Part shown: positions 16,450-24,465 of the stretch, piece after piece
Numbering within the stretch: position 1 is the first letter of the stretch
Layout: every line of letters starts with the position of its first letter
Assembly: GCA_016192705.1 (NCBI GenBank)
Contig: JACPTQ010000043.1
Coordinates: forward strand, 65,437-129,436
Direction of reading: 5' to 3'
From: Deltaproteobacteria bacterium
GTDB lineage: Bacteria; Myxococcota; JACPTQ01
DNA length: 64,000 nucleotides
Program-made: the position numbers and the translations under genes
Notes under the pieces: generated by a model
Database searches by the model: none
Seen by the model: only the letters and a program-made list of their open reading frames with translations
Told to the model about the DNA's origin: nothing

Positions 16450-16841
16450 TTCTCTATCCGCGCGTAGGGTCGGCAGGTGCCGCTTCGGCGCGCCGACGTC
16501 CTCGGGTCTGAACTAACGCGCACGACAGCGCCGCCGCTCAGATGCAAGCGAAAGTCGCTGACCCCATCTGGTATCGACCAGCGTTCGATCGACCCCCAAG
16601 TCTCTCAACCGCCGTTCCGGGAAAACGGCCGGTTTCTGGTTCGGCGGGCGGGGAGTGGGCAAGCGAAGGCTCGCGTCCGCAGGGGATGAGGTGCCGATGG
16701 GGCGCGGGATTGCCGTTCTCATGAAGTTTGATTCATTCTGTGCATACTCACATTTCATGTCAGACCCGAGGACTTTCGCGAGCCGGCGCGCGCCCAAACC
16801 CCGCCCGCACACGAAAACTTTGGCCGTTATCAAGGAATCAG
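16423..16841. repeat. Conserved structured non-coding element, copy A
   Basis: Alignable by hand to 24439-25148 at roughly 85% identity. Contains the hairpin gtcggc...gccgac with a cttc loop, and the 14-nt inverted repeat gtcctcgggtctga (16498-16511) / tcagacccgaggac (16760-16773). Confidence 0.85.
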
Positions 16842-16891
16842 AGAGTTTCTGCATTTGACGCCGCCCGCGCGCCGCATGATGTATACGCCCC

Positions 16892-19800
16892 GTGGCAATC
16901 CTGTTCGATGAAATCACGGGCGGCGGACCCGCAGTTGTCCACGCGGGACTCCCCCCGGGCGCACTCGCACGCGCCATCGCGGAAGCGGCACAATCAGAGG
17001 CATGGGCCGGACGCACCATCGTCGTTGTTACGCCAACGGGCGATGACGCCGAATCGATGGTCGACGACATCCGCTTCTGGGCGGGCGCCCAAGATTCCGA
17101 TTTACCACTCGACTTGCTTGCGGAACGCGCGATCCTTTTTGCCAGCCGCCCCGAATCGCCGTACGCCGACGTCGCGCCGTCACGGTCCCCGGTCGAGCGC
17201 GGTCTCGCGATCGCTTTCGCGCTGACGCAGGGGTTCCCGCTCGCACCCATCGTCATCCCCGTCGACGCCTGGTGCCGCCGAATGCTCGGTCGCGACGCGC
17301 TCGTTGCTTTGAGCGACATCGTGATGGTCGGCGAAAAAATCGACCGCGAGAAATTCGTCGCGCGGCTCATCGAAGGCGGCTACGCGCGGGTACCCCTCGT
17401 CGAAGACCCCGGCACGTTTGCGGTCCGAGGCCACGTCATCGACGTCTTCGTCCCGTTCTATCGTTACCCGCTGCGCATCGAAGTCGACTTCGATCGCGTG
17501 GAAGCGATTCGCCTCTTTCGGGCGGACGCGCAGCGCACGGTCGCGCCCCTCGAGGAAGCGCTCATCCACCCCGTCCGAAACGAGTGCTATCGCGCCGGCG
17601 CCAAAGTCGATATCGCGGCGCGCCTTCGCGAACTTGCGGCGCATCGCGACGTGTCGTCCCGGGCTTTGAGATCGGCGCTCGAGGCGATCGAGCGTGAAGT
17701 CCATTTTTTTGGATGCGAGGCGGTCTTTCCGGCATTTGAGCCGTCCGCCGCGACACCATCATCATTTCTGCCGCCTGATGCCATCCTCATTTTCGCCGAC
17801 GCCGCCGAAATTACGCGGCGCGCGGAAGAGCAAACGCGCGACGAGGCTCGGCGCCATCAGCGAAGTCTCGACGCCGGGGCGCTCTCGTATCCGCCCGAGT
17901 CGTACTTTGCTCCCGTCGATTGGAGCACCGGCATTCGCGTCGAGCGCCTTCCCATCGATGGCGCAACCGATCACGCGATAACACCGAACGGCGCCGAAGT
18001 TCGTGTGCGGGACCACTCGCTCACCCATGTTGCCGAGGCGATCGACGACGCTCGACGCGACGGATTCGACGTTAAGATCGTCGCGCGCCGTGACAACGGA
18101 CTCGATCGCTTGCGCGCGCTTTTGCCAAACCACGAGCTGGTCTCGTTCGAACGCGGGCCCGCGGTGCATGGGTTTCGCGACGTGGCAACGAAGACGTGGG
18201 TTCTCACCGAATTCGAGATTCTCGGAAAACGTCCGCGACACGGCGGCCCAACAACGGCCAGCCCGTCCCGCGCCGCGATCGAGTTTCGCGATCTCGCGCC
18301 CGGCGCCTTAGTTCTCCACGCCGACCATGGCGTTGCGCGCTACCATGGACTCCGCACGCTTACAGTTGCCGGCACGACGAGCGAATTCCTTCACCTCGAA
18401 TTCGCGGCCAACGACAAGCTCTACCTGCCCGTCCTCCGTCTCGACCGCCTTCAAAAACATCCGGGCGGTGACGCCGAACCGCGCCTCGACAAACTCGGCG
18501 GCGAGCGATTTGCCGAAACCAAAAAGCGCGTTCGTCGCGATCTCCTCGCCATGGCCAAAGAGCTCGTTGCGACGCATGCCGCGCGCACCGTGAAACCCGG
18601 CTTCGCGTTCTCGGCGCCCGACCCGCTCTTTCGCGAATTTGAGGGGCGCTTCCCGTACACCGAAACGCCCGACCAAGCGCGCGCCATCGACGAAACACTC
18701 GCCGACATGCAGCGCGCGGAGCCGATGGACCGCCTCGTTTGCGGCGACGTCGGCTTCGGTAAGACCGAGGTCGCCATGCGCGCCGCCATGAAAGCGGTGC
18801 TCGACGGCCGCCAGGTCGCCGTCCTCGTTCCGACCACCGTTCTCGCGATCCAGCACGAACAGACGTTTCGCGAGCGATTCGCGACGTACCCCGTCCGCCT
18901 CGCATCGCTCTCGCGCCTGCAGTCGGCCGCGGAGAGTGCGGCGATTCTCGCCGACGTCGCAAACGGAAAGATCGACATCGTCATCGGCACGCACCGCCTC
19001 CTTTCAAACGACGTCGCCTTCCGCGCGCTCGGCCTTGTCGTCGTCGACGAAGAGCACCGCTTCGGCGTCGCGCACAAAGAGAAGCTCAAGAAGCTCCGCG
19101 CCGAAACCGATTTCTTGACGCTCACCGCAACGCCGATTCCGCGCACACTCCAGATGTCGCTGACCGGCCTTCGCGATCTCTCGATCATCACGACCGCGCC
19201 CGAGGACCGCCTCGCCGTACGCACGGTCGTCTCACGCTTCGACCCGGCCACCGTCAGCGAAACAATTCGCGCCGAGATTCAGCGCGGTGGCCAAGTCTTC
19301 TTCGTCCACAATCGCGTTCAGGGCCTCAAGCAGCTCGCGGACTACATCCAAACGCTCGTCCCTGAAGCGAAAATCACCGTCGCGCACGGACAACTTCCCG
19401 AGCGCGCGCTCGAAGAGGCGATGCTCACGTTCACGCGCGGCGGCACCAACATCCTTGTCTCAACGACAATCATCGAAAGCGGGCTCGACATCCCGCGCGC
19501 AAATCTCATGTTCATCAACCGCGCCGACACGTTCGGGCTCGCCCAGCTTCACCAGTTGCGAGGCCGCGTTGGCCGGTCGCGCGAGCGCGCCTACTGCACC
19601 CTCATCGTTCCCGGACGCGTCCTCACGCGCGAAGCCGAGGAGCGCCTCCGCGTCCTGCAAGACTTCAGCGACCTCGGCTCTGGGTATGCCATCGCCACGC
19701 ACGACCTCGAAATCCGAGGCGCCGGAAATCTCCTCGGTGCCGAGCAACATGGAGCCATCACGCAAATCGGGTTCGAGCTTTACGCCGAAATGCTCGCGGA

Positions 19801-20290
19801 AGCGGTTGCCGAAATCCAAGGGCAACCGAATCCAACCATCGCACCGTGCGAAGTTCGGCATACGCTCGAAGCGGTCTTGCCGGTCGCGTACATCGAAGAC
19901 GCGTCGGTGCGGCTCCAGCTTTATAAGCGTCTCGCGTCCGCGGCGACCGTCGACGAAATCGACGCCATCGCTGACGAAATCGCCGACCGCTTCGGCCGCG
20001 CGCCCGAAGCCGTCCGCGCGCTCACCCCGCTCGCCCGCGCCAAAGTCGCCGCATCACGCCTCGGCGCCACGCTCCTCGAAGTCGGTGCCGACAGCCTCTC
20101 GTTTACATTTGGCTCCCACGCACGCATTTCCGCCACGCGCGTCGTCGGGCTCGTCTCGCGCCCCAACTCTGTCTACCGCCTTCTCCCCGACGGCCGCCTC
20201 ACGCGCGCCCTCAACAAAGCCGACGCCCGCGACCTCGCAACCACCCTTGGTCGTGTTCTCGCCGAGCTCGACCTCGTCGCCGAGCGGTGA
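16892..20290 (+). CDS. mfd: Transcription-repair coupling factor
   Basis: 1132 aa. Walker A (GDVGFGKTEV), DEEH box, and CarD-like and TRG regions, all collinear with Mfd. Confidence 0.95.
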   Translation: MAILFDEITGGGPAVVHAGLPPGALARAIAEAAQSEAWAGRTIVVVTPTGDDAESMVDDIRFWAGAQDSDLPLDLLAERAILFASRPESPYADVAPSRSPVERGLAIAFALTQGFPLAPIVIPVDAWCRRMLGRDALVALSDIVMVGEKIDREKFVARLIEGGYARVPLVEDPGTFAVRGHVIDVFVPFYRYPLRIEVDFDRVEAIRLFRADAQRTVAPLEEALIHPVRNECYRAGAKVDIAARLRELAAHRDVSSRALRSALEAIEREVHFFGCEAVFPAFEPSAATPSSFLPPDAILIFADAAEITRRAEEQTRDEARRHQRSLDAGALSYPPESYFAPVDWSTGIRVERLPIDGATDHAITPNGAEVRVRDHSLTHVAEAIDDARRDGFDVKIVARRDNGLDRLRALLPNHELVSFERGPAVHGFRDVATKTWVLTEFEILGKRPRHGGPTTASPSRAAIEFRDLAPGALVLHADHGVARYHGLRTLTVAGTTSEFLHLEFAANDKLYLPVLRLDRLQKHPGGDAEPRLDKLGGERFAETKKRVRRDLLAMAKELVATHAARTVKPGFAFSAPDPLFREFEGRFPYTETPDQARAIDETLADMQRAEPMDRLVCGDVGFGKTEVAMRAAMKAVLDGRQVAVLVPTTVLAIQHEQTFRERFATYPVRLASLSRLQSAAESAAILADVANGKIDIVIGTHRLLSNDVAFRALGLVVVDEEHRFGVAHKEKLKKLRAETDFLTLTATPIPRTLQMSLTGLRDLSIITTAPEDRLAVRTVVSRFDPATVSETIRAEIQRGGQVFFVHNRVQGLKQLADYIQTLVPEAKITVAHGQLPERALEEAMLTFTRGGTNILVSTTIIESGLDIPRANLMFINRADTFGLAQLHQLRGRVGRSRERAYCTLIVPGRVLTREAEERLRVLQDFSDLGSGYAIATHDLEIRGAGNLLGAEQHGAITQIGFELYAEMLAEAVAEIQGQPNPTIAPCEVRHTLEAVLPVAYIEDASVRLQLYKRLASAATVDEIDAIADEIADRFGRAPEAVRALTPLARAKVAASRLGATLLEVGADSLSFTFGSHARISATRVVGLVSRPNSVYRLLPDGRLTRALNKADARDLATTLGRVLAELDLVAER

Positions 20291-20415
20291 ATCTACGCCC
20301 GCAACCGCCCCGGTCGACACGATATAAGCCGATATAAGCGCCGCGTACGCAACTTCTGCTCTATGGTTTCAAGCTCGGAATTTGGCGTTCGTTTCGGGAA
20401 AGGTGGTTCAGCGAA

Positions 20416-21123
20416 TTGAAAACCGTTTTTCAACTCCTCGCGACCGTGGCCGCTTTGGCGCTCGCCCATTGCGGAGGCTCGCAAGACCCGCAAGATCCAG
20501 TTGTATGCACGAACCCGGCTGGCTGCGTGACACCGCCCGCAACGCCAACGCCATCGGCCGAATCGTGCCCGCGGTACTTGTCATGCCTCTTGGCCACGAC
20601 CCCGGCAGCCTACGGCGTGGCCATTCAGGCGTATGGAAGCGGTTCGGCCTGCTGGCAAACACCGCAGCAAACGGCGGGTTGTAATCAGGCGTGCGAGTCG
20701 TCGTTCGCCGACCTGAGCTATGAGTGCGACTGTTCAGGGGTGCAGTGTGTCAAGTGCCAGAAACCGACGGGCTTATACAGCAGCGCACAACAAGGTGGTT
20801 TTCGAACCACTTGCGACAATGGAGAAGCTGATCTGATGTGGGGCTTCCTGGTCGTCTTTGACCTTGGCGCGGATGGGGCTACGACTGTGACCCTGAGGGC
20901 CCAGCTCGGAGACGAATGGATGCCGCGTGATTATCGGTTAAGCGGGGCTGTCTCGTGCCACGGGCCATTTACCGCCACACTCGTAACCCAACGGGAAAGC
21001 ATGACCTTGACCTTCACGCCGATGAGCAACGCCAATGGGTTTCTCGTGGTGGTCAATACCACCCGGACCGGGACGGCTGGCGGGGTGAAAAGATGCTCTT
21101 TCTCGGCGACGGTGAGCAAGTAA
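20416..21123 (+). CDS. Cys-rich lipoprotein, function unknown
   Basis: TTG start with RBS GAAAGGTGG. Lipobox LALAHC. There are 14 Cys in the mature part. Confidence 0.6.
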   Translation: MKTVFQLLATVAALALAHCGGSQDPQDPVVCTNPAGCVTPPATPTPSAESCPRYLSCLLATTPAAYGVAIQAYGSGSACWQTPQQTAGCNQACESSFADLSYECDCSGVQCVKCQKPTGLYSSAQQGGFRTTCDNGEADLMWGFLVVFDLGADGATTVTLRAQLGDEWMPRDYRLSGAVSCHGPFTATLVTQRESMTLTFTPMSNANGFLVVVNTTRTGTAGGVKRCSFSATVSK

Positions 21124-21145
21124 CGAACGAATGAAGGAGGGAAAA

Positions 21146-22255
21146 ATGAAAACAGTGATCGTAGGGGTTGTGGTCGCGATGCTTGGTGGAGTCTCGGGTC
21201 GTGCGGAGGCGGGATGGGGCAAGGCGTTTGTGCCGAAGTCGGTCGGGTCGTACTTGAAGGGGGAGGCCGTCGGGGTTCTCGTGGTGGGCGCGGGGGATCG
21301 GGCTCTGTCGGGAGAGGCGGCGGCGGCGCTCGCGAACGCGCTTCGGGCAAGCGCGAAGGCGAAGGTCGTGATGAGCGATGAGTCGCTCGGCGCGCTCTCG
21401 GGACTTGACGACCAAGCGATCGTCAAGAAGGCGGCCGGGCTCCCGATCGACCGCGTGGTCGTGGTCCGTGTCTTCCCTGGGGGTGATGGCCGCGCGGCAA
21501 CGGCGGTCGTGACGGTCTATCGGAAAGACGGGGCGGAGATCGACGTCGCGTTCACGGCCGAAAAGGGGAAGCCGCTTCTCGGGCGTGGTGCGGAGAGCGA
21601 AAGCGTTGGGGATGGCGTGTCCGCGGGGGCGATTGCGTCGGTCGAGAAGGTCGTCGGCACCAAGACAGTCGAGCGATCGACAGCCGAGGAGGAGTACCAA
21701 AATCAAGTGATCTCCATCCAGGGTGGAGCGTTTGTAAATCAATTCGGGAGCGTAGTCGGTTCGTGGAGAGCGGCGACTCAAGGAAAGTATGGGAAGCCGC
21801 TCGAAGGCGCCGATTTCTATGAGGTCGTCGGTCGGCCTGATCTCGCAGCGTCGTATCGATCAAAGCGTACGACAAAGACCCTTATAATTATCTCCGGCGT
21901 ACTCTTTATCGCGGGCGGCGCGATTGGCGGCACCGCCATGCTCCTTAACCGCGAGAAGGGAACCTCCGTGTACGACGAGGGCGGCTCCTTGGTGCCGGGG
22001 TTTGTTGTCCTCAGCGTCGGTATCGGCTTGGGACTGATCGCGACCGTGATTGGGTCGTTAATAAACCCGCATCCGGTGACGCACAATGAATCGCTCGAGC
22101 TCGTCGATAAGCATAACCAGGCCCTTCGAAAGAAGCTCGGGTTGCCCGCATTGCCGCCGAAGTATACGGACAGCGGGCGGTCGCGATTGCAGCTTACTCT
22201 TTCGCCGATGCTGCTCCCGAGTGGCGGCGGCCTGTCGCTCAACGGGGTTTTCTAA
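21146..22255 (+). CDS. Secreted/membrane protein with two C-terminal TM helices, function unknown
   Basis: The second ATG (21146) sits 5 nt after AAGGAGGG. Signal peptide MKTVIVGVVVAMLGGVSGRAEA. Its stop shares one base with the next ATG (TAATG). Confidence 0.6.
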   Translation: MKTVIVGVVVAMLGGVSGRAEAGWGKAFVPKSVGSYLKGEAVGVLVVGAGDRALSGEAAAALANALRASAKAKVVMSDESLGALSGLDDQAIVKKAAGLPIDRVVVVRVFPGGDGRAATAVVTVYRKDGAEIDVAFTAEKGKPLLGRGAESESVGDGVSAGAIASVEKVVGTKTVERSTAEEEYQNQVISIQGGAFVNQFGSVVGSWRAATQGKYGKPLEGADFYEVVGRPDLAASYRSKRTTKTLIIISGVLFIAGGAIGGTAMLLNREKGTSVYDEGGSLVPGFVVLSVGIGLGLIATVIGSLINPHPVTHNESLELVDKHNQALRKKLGLPALPPKYTDSGRSRLQLTLSPMLLPSGGGLSLNGVF

Positions 22256-23100
22256 TGAGCTTCGCGGTGGGTTCCCTCTTTAGCCTCGCGCTCTTCGCGG
22301 CGGGCGGAACGGCAAGCGCGGGGTCGGACAACGACGTGGCGCTTCGGGCGGTCGAACGCGCGCAGCAAGCCCTCTTTGCGAAAGTTGCGTCGTCGGTTGT
22401 CTTTTTGACGTCGCAGGGCAGCTTCGGGTCGGGGTTTTTCGTCGACGAGAGCGGCCTCATCTTGACCAACCGGCACGTCGTTGGTGACGCCGATTCGATC
22501 GATGTCGTCCTTCACGATGGGCGAAAGCTCGTCGGCAAAGTTGTCGAGCGCGCCCCCGAGGGCCTCGATCTCGCGCTTGTGCGCGTCGCGAGCGGACGCG
22601 TTCCGGCGCTGTCGACGGGACGGTTCGCGGACCTTCGCGTTGGGAGCTTCGTCGCGTCGGTCGGGCATGGGGAGGGCGCGATTTGGACGTTCAACACGGG
22701 AATGGTGTCGAACATCTACCCGGCTGCGAATGAACGCCCCATTTTCCAAACGCAGATCCCGCTCAACTCGGGGAATTCAGGCGGGCCGATCGTCGATCGC
22801 AGCGGGCGGGTGGTCGGTGTCGTGACCGCGGGCATCAAGGGGGCGAATTCGATCAACTTCGGGATTCGAATCGACGTCGCGCTCCGGTCGCTCGAGTCGC
22901 TCGCCGATCGCTGCGCGTGCATTTCGGTTCGGGCGCCTGCCGGTGTCGCGGTGTTTGTCGACGGCGCGCTCGCGGGTGTGGGGCCGCGTGTCGTGGTTCC
23001 GGCGAGGCAGAAGACGTACGAGGTTTTCGCCGTTGTGGGCGGCGTCATGAAGAAGGCGCGCATCCAGTTTCCGAGCACACGAACCGTCGAACTGAAATAG
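22255..23100 (+). CDS. Trypsin-like (S1C) serine protease with a C-terminal PEGA domain
   Basis: LTNRHVV (His), DLALV (Asp) and NSGNSGGPIV (Ser). The C-terminal APAGVAVFVDG matches the PEGA signature. No PDZ domain. Confidence 0.85.
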   Translation: MSFAVGSLFSLALFAAGGTASAGSDNDVALRAVERAQQALFAKVASSVVFLTSQGSFGSGFFVDESGLILTNRHVVGDADSIDVVLHDGRKLVGKVVERAPEGLDLALVRVASGRVPALSTGRFADLRVGSFVASVGHGEGAIWTFNTGMVSNIYPAANERPIFQTQIPLNSGNSGGPIVDRSGRVVGVVTAGIKGANSINFGIRIDVALRSLESLADRCACISVRAPAGVAVFVDGALAGVGPRVVVPARQKTYEVFAVVGGVMKKARIQFPSTRTVELK

Positions 23101-23116
23101 GGCGCTCATCGGAGGC

Positions 23117-23325
23117 GCGGATCGGCTAATCGGCGATGCGGATCGGTTCATTTGCGATAAAGATTGGCTAATTTGCGACGTGGGGGGCATTTCGTGGATG
23201 CGGAACCCGATTTTTTGCGTGCGGGTCGCGATTTTTTGGAGGCGGGTTGGGTCATCGACCGCTCCGGAGGCGTTTTCGTGGAGTCGGGCGAAGTGATTGG
23301 GGACGGGAAGACGGGACGGAGGACA
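23117..23325. repeat. Degenerate 21-bp phased tandem array (about 10 units), followed by a G9 run
   Basis: Units begin gcgg at 23117, 23138, 23200, 23221 and 23242. T-tracts recur at unit positions 11-17. The G9 run is at 23326-23334. The array lies in the convergent intergenic region. Confidence 0.6.
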
Positions 23326-23483
23326 GGGGGGGGGCGCGGCGTTTTTTGGGCTCGGCGCTTCGAGAAATGACGAACACCAGCGTTATTGAGGCTCTGAACC
23401 CAAGAAACCCGTCGTCGACCAGCGAAACGAAGATAAGAATTCAAGAAAACGCTCCTCGTCGCCGAGCGGTGAGCCGTCAACGC

Positions 23484-24383
23484 TCAATGCGTAAACTGCA
23501 CCGCGATTCCCGCACCTTCTCCCAGGGCAACCGGCGCGATTCGCCAACGTACAGAACCGGTCGGCGCCTCGGTTCGTACCGGCTTCTCACCAAACCGATA
23601 ATCGAATTCGGCGCGAAAACCACGCCCCGTCGACCAACCAATTGCGTGGCCAATCATCGCACCGGCGACAACGTCAGAGAGCCAATGCGACGCGCCCGAA
23701 ATCATCCCGAGCCCGATGAGCGCCGCGACCGTATAACCGGCCCAGCGAATCCAGGCGCGTTTCGGGAAATACGCCGCGAGTGCCGACACAAACGCGAACG
23801 CCGTTGCAGTGTGCCCGGACGGCCAGTAGAAGCGCCCCTCGCGAAAACCGGATGTCCAAAAGTCGAAGCGGAAGTCGAGCGAATCGGTGGTGCGCGGGAA
23901 ACTGCCCTCGCAGAGGAGGCCGCAGCGCGTGCGAATTGGCGCCCGCCGCCCCGAGAAAAACTTTTGCGCGGTCGTGATAAGCACCGTCGTGCCGACGGCT
24001 TGGATAGCGGCCGCGCCCGCTCCGATCGTCTCTTCGTCCGCGCGCGTGAGCCCCGACACATAAATGCCAAGTCCGATGCCGAGATGCCAAAAAAGGCCGA
24101 CAATGAACGCCGTATCGCCGAACGCGGTGCCGAGCGGGTCGTGGCGCTGGAAAAAATCGTTTGTCTTTGAATCGGCGGGCGTCGCGGCAAGGAGCGCGGT
24201 CGACGCAATCGATCCAGCGTGGAGCGCGATGTTCCAGCCCGTGAAAGCGTCGGCGATGTTCCGACCGAAACGTGTCACCAAATTCAAACGAGGCGCGCGA
24301 TCGACACGCGTCGCCGCACGCGCATCTGATTGGGACGACACGGAGGCAAGAAGGGCAGTTACGGTTACGCGTCGAATCCACAT
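23484..24383 (-). CDS. PAP2-family (acid phosphatase / lipid phosphatase) membrane protein
   Basis: PAP2 signature elements PSGHT and SHWLSDVVAG, plus multiple TM segments. Confidence 0.85.
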   Translation of the reverse strand: MWIRRVTVTALLASVSSQSDARAATRVDRAPRLNLVTRFGRNIADAFTGWNIALHAGSIASTALLAATPADSKTNDFFQRHDPLGTAFGDTAFIVGLFWHLGIGLGIYVSGLTRADEETIGAGAAAIQAVGTTVLITTAQKFFSGRRAPIRTRCGLLCEGSFPRTTDSLDFRFDFWTSGFREGRFYWPSGHTATAFAFVSALAAYFPKRAWIRWAGYTVAALIGLGMISGASHWLSDVVAGAMIGHAIGWSTGRGFRAEFDYRFGEKPVRTEAPTGSVRWRIAPVALGEGAGIAVQFTH

Positions 24384-24438
24384 TCAGCGAGCTTGCACAG
24401 GATCAATTGTGGCAAGCGACATGGGACAATGCAAACGC

Positions 24439-24465
24439 GTCCTCGATCCCCGGTTAAGCGGCCAG
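24439..24465 (-). pseudogene. Remnant of the first nine codons of the 16009-16449 ORF family, with a stop at codon 4
   Basis: Minus strand reads CTG GCC GCT TAA CCG GGG ATC GAG GAC. Copy A reads TTG GCT GCT TAT CCA GGG ATC GAG GAG. Homology is lost after codon 9. Confidence 0.5.

Noticed and set aside
16498-16773. The 14-nt inverted repeat read as terminal inverted repeats of a MITE or Tn3-derived element. GGGTCTGAC resembles the start of the Tn3 IR.
   Set aside because: Homology between the two copies extends about 75 nt beyond both arms. No target-site duplication flanks the arms. Similarity to the Tn3 IR is limited to 9 nt. No transposase is present in the window. The possibility is not fully excluded.
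16423-16841. Identity of the element as RNase P RNA, tmRNA, SRP RNA, a group II intron or a cobalamin riboswitch.
   Set aside because: I looked for the hallmark strings: GGAAAGTCCGGGC and ACAGAACCCGGCTTA, the tmRNA acceptor/T-arm and tag ORF, intron domain V, and the B12 box. None was present. This is a negative result by eye only.
16513-16858. Possible small proteins encoded in the conserved element. Candidates were plus-strand ORFs 16477-16689 and 16655-16858, and the minus-strand frame giving GSDMKCE...RTAIPRPIGTSSPADA in both copies.
   Set aside because: Codon-by-codon comparison of the two copies in the best frame gives about 7 synonymous against about 17 non-synonymous changes. There is no shared start codon. 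Similarity tracks the DNA, not a reading frame.
16853-16891. An mfd promoter of the form TTGACG ... TATACG/GATGTA, implying a leaderless GTG start.
   Set aside because: The spacer is 17-21 nt depending on which weak -10 is chosen, and no convincing hexamer pair exists.
23117-23325. A CRISPR array, or a heptad-repeat protein gene (ORF 23164-23370, 68 aa, with 7-aa periodicity DFLRAGR/DFLEAGW/VIDRSGG).
   Set aside because: The units are contiguous with no spacers and are degenerate, so this is not a CRISPR array. The periodic frame is broken by the 20-nt unit at 23180-23199, and it lacks a start codon and RBS at the array start. At most it could be a decayed gene.
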